From Deltaproteobacteria bacterium HGW-Deltaproteobacteria-1 (GTDB lineage: Bacteria > Desulfobacterota > Syntrophia > Syntrophales > Smithellaceae), in contig PHBN01000038.1 of NCBI GenBank assembly GCA_002840635.1, positions 1 to 51,028 on the forward strand: DNA of 51,028 nucleotides, read 5' to 3'. The notes under the pieces are model-generated. The model was not told the origin of the DNA, ran no database searches, and worked only from the letters and a program-made list of their open reading frames with translations. Position 1 is the stretch's first letter. Every line of letters starts with the position of its first letter. Positions 8,902 to 16,384 of this stretch are shown piece by piece. A program made the translations under genes and the position numbers.

Positions 8902-10050
8902 ATGATTAACAGACCATCCTATATTGATAATTTATCGAAAGCGATACGGCGTTCACCGGTAACGGCGCTCCTGGGGCCTCGGCAATGCGGTAAAACCACT
9001 CTTGCAAGAATGTTTGGTAAAAACCGCGACACCGTTTATTTTGATCTCGAATCCCAACCCGATAAAATGCGTCTGCAAAATCCTGAACTCGCCCTGGGTG
9101 GTTTGAAAGGCACGGTTATTCTGGATGAAATGCAGAACAATCCAGAATTGTTCAACGTTTTGAGAGTACTTGCCGACCGTCCCGGAAACCGGACTCGCTT
9201 TCTTATTTTAGGCAGCGCATCGCCTGATTTGATGAAAAAGGCGTCGGAAACGCTTGCTGGTCGAGTTGAGTTTGTGGAGTTGACGGGGTTTACTCTTTCG
9301 GAAATCAATGCAAAAGATCAGCAAAAACTTTGGTTGCGTGGGGGATTTCCCCGTTCTTTTCTTGCGCAATCCAACACCGATAGCTTGGCCTGGCTTGAGG
9401 GATTCATTAGGACTTTTCTGGAGCGCGATATCCCGCAACTTGGTATTTCCATTCCATCCGTGGCCATGCGACGTTTCTGGACCATGTTGGCTCATTACCA
9501 TGGCCAGATTTGGAATGCTTCGGAATTGGGAAGGGCCATGGGACTTTCCGATAAGACCATGCGTGCATATCTCGACATTCTTACGGGTACCTTCATGATT
9601 CGCCAACTGATGCCCTGGCATGAGAACCTCGGTAAACGGCAGGTTAAAGCACCCAAAATCTATTTTCGTGATTCCGGGATTCTCCATCAATTGCTCAGCC
9701 TCAATGATTTTCACGCATTGAGCGGCCATCCGCGGGTGGGGGCATCGTGGGAAGGATTTGCCCTGGAACAGACGTTGAATATCATCGGGGTGAGTCAGGT
9801 TTATTTTTGGTCAACATACAGCGGGGCGGAACTTGATCTGTTTTTCCTGTATAAGGGAAAGCGATACGGTGTAGAATTCAAATACAGTGAAGCTCCTGTT
9901 GTGACAAAATCCATGCGTTCAGCCATGGAAACATTGAATCTGCATCATTTATGGATCGTTTACCCCGGGAAAACTGAATATCCTGTTCATAAAAAAATTA
10001 CCGTTTATCCGCTAAAAAATATTCCCGGTCTGATCAATCTGATTAAATGA
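8902..10050 (+). CDS. AAA+ ATPase with C-terminal DUF4143-like region (COG1373-type)
   Basis: Walker A GPRQCGKTTL and Walker B-like VILDEMQ. Length and layout are typical of the AAA_14/DUF4143 family. The start is moved from the track's TTG at 8854 to the in-frame ATG at 8902 because the promoter lies between them. Confidence 0.8.
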   Translation: MINRPSYIDNLSKAIRRSPVTALLGPRQCGKTTLARMFGKNRDTVYFDLESQPDKMRLQNPELALGGLKGTVILDEMQNNPELFNVLRVLADRPGNRTRFLILGSASPDLMKKASETLAGRVEFVELTGFTLSEINAKDQQKLWLRGGFPRSFLAQSNTDSLAWLEGFIRTFLERDIPQLGISIPSVAMRRFWTMLAHYHGQIWNASELGRAMGLSDKTMRAYLDILTGTFMIRQLMPWHENLGKRQVKAPKIYFRDSGILHQLLSLNDFHALSGHPRVGASWEGFALEQTLNIIGVSQVYFWSTYSGAELDLFFLYKGKRYGVEFKYSEAPVVTKSMRSAMETLNLHHLWIVYPGKTEYPVHKKITVYPLKNIPGLINLIK

Positions 10051-10268
10051 ATTATTGCCCGGGGTGTCGTAATGTCGAGAAGAGAGCTTCAGTCATGTTG
10101 ACTAAACCAGTTGCATTGTATGTTTAAGAACCCGTAAATATACCTTCGGCATTCGGCGCGTTCGGGGAACGCGCCCTACAATATTTCGCAGGGACTGTTC
10201 ACCGAACAGTCCGAATAATTTCAACTCATCATGCGTTTCATCTGTAAAATATATTTCAGGAGGGCGTC

Positions 10269-11390
10269 ATGAGAACAGCAAAACGAGTAACAATTAATAA
10301 TCTACTCCTTCAATTCTTAACGATATTCATTTTAATCACCTTGGTGACGTCTATAGGAGGCTGTTCTGCCATGTTAGAAGATAAAGATGCGATACAGGAA
10401 TTAAGTTTTTCCCATGATGGCAAGAAGGTGGTCTTTGACCGTTGCCGGAATGAAGGCTGCCAGATACAGGTCTATGATCTGGAAACGGGCGAACTTGCCG
10501 CCTACCAATCTTCGAAAAACGAGCGCTGGACCATGGGAAAATACTCCGATGACGGCAAGAAGATAGCTTTTTCTGTCATACCAGTAAAGCCCAAAGGCGG
10601 CCTTGATTTGGGAAACATGCAGATAGCCGTCATGGATGCCGACGGGAAGAACTACAAAAAAGTAACCACCGGTCCCGGCGCCAAGACAAGCCCGACATTT
10701 TCCCACAATGGGAAGAAGATCCTCTATGCAAAAGCCGCCTATATCAGAGAAAAGGGCAGAACCCCCGCCGCCCAGTATGACGCCTGGGAAATCAATCTGG
10801 AGACAGGCGCAGAAACACAGCTTACCTTCTGCAAATACTTTTACATGGGATACTTAAGCTATTTTCCCGATGATGAGCATTTTATCTATTGGGGAGACAT
10901 GCCGGATGAATATGAAGGAGTACGCATGATGGATCAATCAAACTTCAAAAACAAAATGATTGAACTGGGCAAAAAGGGCATGAATGTCATTGGCGTTGTG
11001 GTGATGAAGGGCAGGGAGATGATTCCGAGACCTTATCATTTTCCGCCGAATACCTTTGCGCAAAGCCCTCTTTTAAGCAGAGACGGTTCAAAGATGATTT
11101 ATGAAAAATCGCAATCAGGGGAATTTTATCTTTATTCGGAAGATGGGAATCATCGGTATGTAAGTGGAGGCGGGTCTATCAATTCCGCCGCCGTATCACC
11201 GAATGGGAAGTTATTGGCATTGATATCTGTCAGTTTAAAAATAAATACCTATACTATCCTAGATGGTAAGTTGCAGCAAAGCCTCTATCTGCCTTGTGCG
11301 CCGAAAAAAATTACAAATTGGAGTATTCCTCCAAAATATAAAAATATATATAAAATGATACCGGAAGAAGCATCACGCATTATTAATTGA
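10269..11390 (+). CDS. lipoprotein with TolB/PD40-like beta-propeller repeats
   Basis: AGGAGG lies upstream. The signal peptide carries the lipobox SIGGC. PD40-type blades recur (SHDGKKVVF, SDDGKKIAF, SHNGKKILY, SRDGSKMIY, SPNGKLLAL). Confidence 0.75.
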   Translation: MRTAKRVTINNLLLQFLTIFILITLVTSIGGCSAMLEDKDAIQELSFSHDGKKVVFDRCRNEGCQIQVYDLETGELAAYQSSKNERWTMGKYSDDGKKIAFSVIPVKPKGGLDLGNMQIAVMDADGKNYKKVTTGPGAKTSPTFSHNGKKILYAKAAYIREKGRTPAAQYDAWEINLETGAETQLTFCKYFYMGYLSYFPDDEHFIYWGDMPDEYEGVRMMDQSNFKNKMIELGKKGMNVIGVVVMKGREMIPRPYHFPPNTFAQSPLLSRDGSKMIYEKSQSGEFYLYSEDGNHRYVSGGGSINSAAVSPNGKLLALISVSLKINTYTILDGKLQQSLYLPCAPKKITNWSIPPKYKNIYKMIPEEASRIIN

Positions 11391-11487
11391 TAATGCATAA
11401 AGAATTTTATGTGCCCATCGTCAGGATAAAAGATGACAGTAGATAAAACTCATAGCAAAGTAAAAAATCTTTAATAAGGAGATTAAT

Positions 11488-11658
11488 ATGTCAGTAGAAA
11501 TATGGACCAATCCCAATGATCCAAAACCAATCAAAACAAAATACCCCATCGGCACCGTCGGCTTGGAGTTAAATAAAGCATCATTCAAGATACTCGATTT
11601 TTTATACGAGACTATAACATTTCAGTATCCTTCCCGCTGGTTCAGTCATGTTGACTGA
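11488..11658 (+). CDS. hypothetical 56-aa protein (below the ORF-track cutoff)
   Basis: AAGGAG lies 7 nt upstream of the ATG. Translation: MSVEIWTNPNDPKPIKTKYPIGTVGLELNKASFKILDFLYETITFQYPSRWFSHVD. The last codons lie in a repeat whose other copy (10089..) also encodes ...FSHVD-stop. Confidence 0.3.
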   Translation: MSVEIWTNPNDPKPIKTKYPIGTVGLELNKASFKILDFLYETITFQYPSRWFSHVD

Positions 11659-11723
11659 ACCAGTTGTTTTGTATGCTGAAACTCAAACCATGGGTTCAAT
11701 CTGCAAGATTGAACCCGCAAAAG

Positions 11724-11797
11724 TCTTGAGAGGGTAGTGGACAAAATCCGTGCTGGTTCAAGTCCAGTCTTCGGCACCATAATAATAAAGGGGGTTA
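11724..11797. repeat. right copy of the 74-bp direct repeat (pseudo-tRNA 3' half 11724..11779 plus 18 nt)
   Basis: The sequence runs from TCTTGAGAGGGTAGTGGACAAAATCCGTGCTGG through TTCAAGTCCAGTCTTCGGCACCA to TAATAATAAAGGGGGTTA, and no tRNA 5' half precedes it. Confidence 0.9.
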
Positions 11798-11858
11798 GCC
11801 AGGTTAAAGGTTAATCCCTTTTTTATTTTGAGTTCATTTGATTACAAATTAAAAAAAA

Positions 11859-12710
11859 TCAGAGGGTGTTTCCATCCAGGATTCGTTCCAGATCACTGCC
11901 GTAGCGCCGGTATTTTTCAGGAGACAGAATTTCCCGGAGGTGGTCCCTGTTTAACACTATTTCGGCGAGCTTATCGTCCGGCAGAAACATGAAAACCGCA
12001 CAGTTGGCCTCCCTGGCGTGCTCAAAACGCCAGGCGTACAGTTTTTTGATCAGTTCTCTCTGCTCGCGGGCAAGCGCGTAATACCCTTTTATTTTCGAGT
12101 ACCCACGGCGGTCAAACATTCTTTCCTGCCAGCTGGCGGCTGCGATTTTAGCAAATGCCTCGCCTGCGGCTTTTTCCAGACCTTTGTCTCGCAATTCCGC
12201 TCGCTGCTTTTCATAAAGCGCGGGCAGGAGGGTCACATCCTGGACGGCATAAGCAAGCTGCTCATCGGTCAACGGACGCTGATCCCACCGCGAACGCTGC
12301 ATCTTCTTGCTTTTTTTAAGTTCCACGCCAAGGAATTCCTTGATCATTTTTTCTAAAGAGAGCTGACGGAATCCTAGCAGCATGGCCGCCCTGTGTGTAT
12401 CAAAAATATTTTGAAATGCAAATCCATAGTCTCTTTTAAGCAGGCGGATGTCATTATCTGCGGCATGGAGGATTTTCACAACGGATTTGCTTTTAAAGGA
12501 TTTGGCTAAAAATGATAAATCCAGATCGGCTGTCACATCAAAGACATAGGTGGTAGGCGTTGCGTAGATTTGGATCAAACAGAGTTTTTCCCTGAAATAT
12601 CTGAAGGAATCGTATTCTGTATCAATGCCTAATATCGTAGCCTGACGCATATGTTCGGCGGCGCGTTTTGCGGTTTCGGGTGAATTTACCAGCAGCCAAT
12701 TCGTATTCAT
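11859..12710 (-). CDS. rnd: ribonuclease D-like 3'-5' exonuclease (DEDDy domain plus HRDC-like C-terminus)
   Basis: Exo motifs GIDTEYD, HAADNDIRLL and YAVQDV. 283 aa. Confidence 0.8.
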   Translation of the reverse strand: MNTNWLLVNSPETAKRAAEHMRQATILGIDTEYDSFRYFREKLCLIQIYATPTTYVFDVTADLDLSFLAKSFKSKSVVKILHAADNDIRLLKRDYGFAFQNIFDTHRAAMLLGFRQLSLEKMIKEFLGVELKKSKKMQRSRWDQRPLTDEQLAYAVQDVTLLPALYEKQRAELRDKGLEKAAGEAFAKIAAASWQERMFDRRGYSKIKGYYALAREQRELIKKLYAWRFEHAREANCAVFMFLPDDKLAEIVLNRDHLREILSPEKYRRYGSDLERILDGNTL

Positions 12711-12885
12711 GGCAAGCTACTTAACCGAAACATCAATTTTATGCCATAAAAATGATGACGTCCGGCCGGCAAAACAATGTTCGTCAGTTGTCTATTTGTT
12801 TAGTTTTATTATGCTTTACAAAATAAAAAGATATGTTAACATTTCGCAAAACGATCAAACACAGGAGAGGATCCCGTCGGCATTT

Positions 12886-13689
12886 ATGAGAAAAATACTG
12901 TTTTTTCTTGTTCTGGCGATATTTTCCGGAGGTTGTGACATGCAAAACAAATTTCTTTATTTTCCCAATGATGATCGGCCGTCCACCCAAATGCTGGCTT
13001 CTGAAAAAATGGAACTGTGGCAGACGGAGGGCTCGGATTACCGGGGGCTGGTTTCCGCCGGCAATAAACCTGCTCCCGGAGGCACCATTGTTCTTTTTCA
13101 CGGTAATGGCGGTACGGCTTTTGACAGGGGCTTTTATCTGGAGCCTTTGTCGGAACTGGGTTTCCGTGTAGTTCTGGCTGAATATCCGCAATACGGAGGC
13201 CGCCCGGGCAGGGTGGGAGAAAAGTCCTTTGTTGCCGACGGTCTGGAAACCGTTCGCATAGTCCATGAGCGATATGGGGATCCCCTTTACCTGCTTGGTG
13301 AATCGCTGGGCTGCGGAGTTGCGGCCGCCGTTGCCAGGCAGACGAAGGTTCCCATTGCCGGAATCATCCTCATTACGCCCTGGGACACGCTGGCGGCTGT
13401 CGCCAAATCACTGTTTCCTTTTCTGCCGGTGAAACTGGTTTTAACGGATAAGTATGACAGCATTTCCAATCTTCAATCGTTTCAGAAAAATATATCCGTG
13501 GTTGGCGCCGAGCGTGACGAAATCCTTCCGATCAAACACGCTCATAATTTGTACGCGAATCTGCCGGAAGGGAAAAAGCGCATGTGGGTTATTAAGGGAG
13601 CGGGCCATAATGACTGGCCGTTTTACGCGGGGGAGAACCTGTGGCGGGAGATGACCGATTTTGTCAGAGTCGATAAAAAAGGTTCATGA
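12886..13689 (+). CDS. alpha/beta-hydrolase lipoprotein
   Basis: The internal ATG at 12886 gives MRKILFFLVLAIFSGGC (lipobox). Oxyanion region LFHGNGG, nucleophile elbow GESLGCG, C-terminal GAGHND. Confidence 0.75.
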   Translation: MRKILFFLVLAIFSGGCDMQNKFLYFPNDDRPSTQMLASEKMELWQTEGSDYRGLVSAGNKPAPGGTIVLFHGNGGTAFDRGFYLEPLSELGFRVVLAEYPQYGGRPGRVGEKSFVADGLETVRIVHERYGDPLYLLGESLGCGVAAAVARQTKVPIAGIILITPWDTLAAVAKSLFPFLPVKLVLTDKYDSISNLQSFQKNISVVGAERDEILPIKHAHNLYANLPEGKKRMWVIKGAGHNDWPFYAGENLWREMTDFVRVDKKGS

Positions 13690-13718
13690 AGTAGGCAAAT
13701 AGAGATTAAGGGGGGCGC

Positions 13719-14483
13719 ATGTCCTCGAATAGATATGACGTCAATAGATTCTTCTTAAAAGATACGATCCGTCAGCGGATTGACTTTTCTGAGACCGCCC
13801 AGAGCAGGGGGCTTCCCGTGCCGCCGCCTCAAAAGAATTGCCCGCCGGGGACGGTCCGAATTAATTTGCCAGACGGTGCCAGGGCGCTGGCGGGCCTGGC
13901 AAAAATGCCGGTAAGCGAAGCCGTTGCTTTACGCGAGAGCGTGCGTCAGTATGCAGCCGCTCCGCTGACTCTGGAGGAGCTTTCCGCAATGTTGTGGGCC
14001 ACCCAGGGCATCCGGAGAATCCTCTCGGCCGAATCGGCGCTTCGGACGGTTCCGTCTGCCGGCGCCCGTCATGCACTGGAAACCTATCTGGTCGTCAATC
14101 GTGTGAATACACTTGCCGCCGGCCTTTACCGTTATCTGCCTTTTGACGGCCAGCTTGCACAGCTTCGGCTCGACGATCAGATCGGCCGTAAAGCGGCCGT
14201 GGCCTGTTTCGGACAGGACTTCATCGCCACGGCTGCCGTGACATTTTTCTGGACGGCGATTCCAGCGAGGATGGAGTGGCGCTACGATCTGGCGGCGCAC
14301 AAAGTCATTGCCATTGACGCCGGTCATGTCTGTCAGAATCTTTATCTGGCCGGTCAGACAATCGGTGCAGGAATTTGTGCTGTTGCCGCTTATGATCAGC
14401 AGGCGTGTGATGAGCTTCTGGGCGTGGACAGTGAAGAGGAATTCACCATTTACCTGGCTGCGGTCGGGAAAAAGTGGCGCTGA
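13719..14483 (+). CDS. SagB-type dehydrogenase / nitroreductase-family protein
   Basis: 254 aa with the nitroreductase-fold pattern (RESVRQY, PSAGARHALE, AIDAGHVCQNLYL) typical of stand-alone SagB/ThcOx-like proteins. Confidence 0.75.
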   Translation: MSSNRYDVNRFFLKDTIRQRIDFSETAQSRGLPVPPPQKNCPPGTVRINLPDGARALAGLAKMPVSEAVALRESVRQYAAAPLTLEELSAMLWATQGIRRILSAESALRTVPSAGARHALETYLVVNRVNTLAAGLYRYLPFDGQLAQLRLDDQIGRKAAVACFGQDFIATAAVTFFWTAIPARMEWRYDLAAHKVIAIDAGHVCQNLYLAGQTIGAGICAVAAYDQQACDELLGVDSEEEFTIYLAAVGKKWR

Positions 14484-14654
14484 AAGAACTCCCGTCTGTC
14501 CGTACAAAAATCCAGACCATCACGGACGTTCAGTGCGTCAGCAGAAAATTTTCTTGATTAAAAATGCCGCAAAGCGTATCGACAGGTTTGAAAAATTCCC
14601 GTCAAACAAGGAGGGAAGAACATCATCTATCGTCGCGTAACCTTAACACGCGTA

Positions 14655-15517
14655 TTGCGAATCAGCGCGCTTCTGTTTCTGTTGTTTTTGATGCTTTGCT
14701 TTGCCGCACTCTGCCTGGGCGCCATCCACATCGCTCCCGCTGACGTATTCAGGGCGGTTTCCGGCGCGATTTTCGGCAACGCGTCCGGTACATCCGAAGA
14801 AGAACTGATCTTATTTTCCGTGCGGCTACCGCGGATTTTATTTGCCGGCATCGTGGGTGCGTCATTGTCGCTAGGAGGAGTTGTTTTTCAGGCGCTTTTG
14901 CGCAATCCGCTGGCTGATCCCTATGTGCTGGGCATTTCCGGCGGTTCAGCGCTTGGTGCGATTGTCGGCATTGTTGTCGGCGCAGCTTCCTTTTATCTGG
15001 GCGTTCCCTTTCTGGCCTTCTGCGGCGCGCTGGCGACCGTTTTTCTGGTTTTTATTGTGGCTGGCGGTTCCAGAGGTGTGCTTCTGGACAATTCGCTTCT
15101 GCTGGCCGGTGTTGTGGTGAACTCCTTTTTCTCCGCTGCGATTCTCTTTGCTCTTTCCGTTGTCAACAGCATGGAACTGCACAGCATCAGCTTCTGGCTC
15201 ATGGGCGATCTTTCCCGGGCGTCCCTGAAGGAGATTTTCGGAACCGCTTTATGTTTCGCGGCATGTTTCGTCCTGCTTTACACTCAGGCCCGCAAACTGA
15301 ATTTAATCGTTCAGGGGGAAGAAACCGCCCTGCAGCTCGGTGTTAATGTCCTGGCGACGAAGTATCTTTTGCTAATTGTCACGTCATTGATCACGGCCAT
15401 TGCTGTTTCATTCGCCGGTATTATCGGTTTCATCGGTATCATGGTTCCGCACATGATGCGCCTGGTGTTCGCGCTCCCTATTTTATTTTTCTCATGAGAA
15501 GAAAGGGGCGCGGATAA
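14655..15517 (+). pseudogene. FecCD-family ABC permease (BtuC/HmuU-like) with an internal gap and frame change near 15471
   Basis: The protein is normal up to ...GFIGIMVPHMMRLVF. The canonical C-terminal end APYFIFLMRRKGRG-stop, with TAATG overlap onto the next gene, sits in another frame. About 45 conserved codons (the DHR...LPxG...T region) are missing relative to E. coli BtuC as I remember it. Confidence 0.75.
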
Positions 15518-16293
15518 TGTCGGTTCTCTGCATGCAGAATATTTCCTTTTGCTATACGGACAAACCCGTGCTGGAAGATATATCGTTGGGCCTGGACAGG
15601 GCCGAAATCGTCGCGGTGATCGGGCCCAACGGATCGGGAAAAACCACGCTGCTTAAATTAATCAACGCCACGCTGTTTCCACTTTCCGGCCGGATGCTCA
15701 TCGAAGGCAAAGACACGAAGCAATGGACGCGCCGCGAGATTGCCCGGACCGTGGCCATTGTTCCGCAGGAATCACCCGCAGTCTTTCCGTTTTTTGCAGA
15801 AGAAATTGTCATGATGGGGCGTTTCCCTTATCGGGGCTCGCTGGCGTTTGAAACCAGGACGGATTACCGCATCGCCCGTGAAGCCATGGCCCGGACAGAC
15901 TGCCTGTCCTTTGCGCAGCGCCGCTTCAATGAACTTTCAGCGGGTGAGCGGCAGCGTGTGCTGATTGCCCGCGCGTTGGCGCAGGAGCCGAAGATTCTGC
16001 TTCTGGATGAAAGCACGGTTTTTCTGGATTTAAAACATCAGGCGCAGTTTCTGTCCCTGCTGAAGCAATTGAACCAGGAACGCCATCTGACAGTGATTTT
16101 TGTCACACACGATGTCAATCTGGCGGCGCAAAACGCCGACCGGCTTCTTTTGCTTTACAAAGGGAAAAAATATGCTATAGGAACTCCCGCGGATGTTTTA
16201 ACCGCGCGAAATATGAAAGAGGTTTATGATGTCGATGTCGGGATTGACCTCAATCCGCATGACGGCTCGACCCGCGTGACATTGTTAACCTGA
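15517..16293 (+). CDS. ABC transporter ATP-binding protein (iron-siderophore/cobalamin class)
   Basis: Walker A GPNGSGKTTL, signature LSAGERQRV, Walker B LLLDESTVFLD, H-loop VTHD. Confidence 0.85.
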   Translation: MSVLCMQNISFCYTDKPVLEDISLGLDRAEIVAVIGPNGSGKTTLLKLINATLFPLSGRMLIEGKDTKQWTRREIARTVAIVPQESPAVFPFFAEEIVMMGRFPYRGSLAFETRTDYRIAREAMARTDCLSFAQRRFNELSAGERQRVLIARALAQEPKILLLDESTVFLDLKHQAQFLSLLKQLNQERHLTVIFVTHDVNLAAQNADRLLLLYKGKKYAIGTPADVLTARNMKEVYDVDVGIDLNPHDGSTRVTLLT

Positions 16294-16295
16294 TC

Positions 16296-16383
16296 AGGCT
16301 GTTCAATAAAAGGAAGCCGGTTTAAATCCGGCGCTGCCCCGCAACTGTAAGCGGAAAGCGCAGAAGGGCAACTCCCGGGAAGA
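16296..16383 (+). promoter_or_regulatory. cobalamin riboswitch, 5'/core portion only
   Basis: AAAAGGAAGCCGGTTTAAATCCGGCGCTGCCCCGCAACTGTAAGCGG fits the conserved core AGGGAA..GGTG.AA..CC...GC.G.CCCGC.ACTGTAA. No B12 box or expression platform is recognisable before coding sequence begins. Confidence 0.6.
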
Positions 16384-16384
16384 T

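Larger units (their letters stand above)
8678..11797. mobile_element. integrase-less genomic islet inserted at the 3' end of tRNA-Leu(GAG), probably a decayed integrative element
   Basis: An intact tRNA lies at the left end and a duplicated tRNA 3' half at the right end, which is att-like. The cargo (AAA ATPase, PD40 lipoprotein, small ORF) is unrelated to the flanking housekeeping genes. No recombinase gene was seen. Confidence 0.55.

Noticed and set aside
12709-12885. 59-codon N-terminal extension of the hydrolase ORF
   Set aside because: The extension overlaps the rnd start region and has no signal-peptide logic. The internal ATG at 12886 gives a canonical lipoprotein signal peptide.
13719-14483. 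SagB-type dehydrogenase as a marker of a thiazole/oxazole RiPP (TOMM) cluster
   Set aside because: No YcaO cyclodehydratase, precursor peptide, or RiPP-dedicated transporter is adjacent. The neighbours are a hydrolase and the B12 transporter. Stand-alone SagB-like nitroreductases are common.
14484-14654. Possible second cobalamin riboswitch upstream of the FecCD permease
   Set aside because: It contains AAGGAGGGAAG and a GTCCGT/ACGGAC hairpin but lacks the GGTG..AA..CC...CCCGC.ACTGTAA core. The evidence is insufficient.
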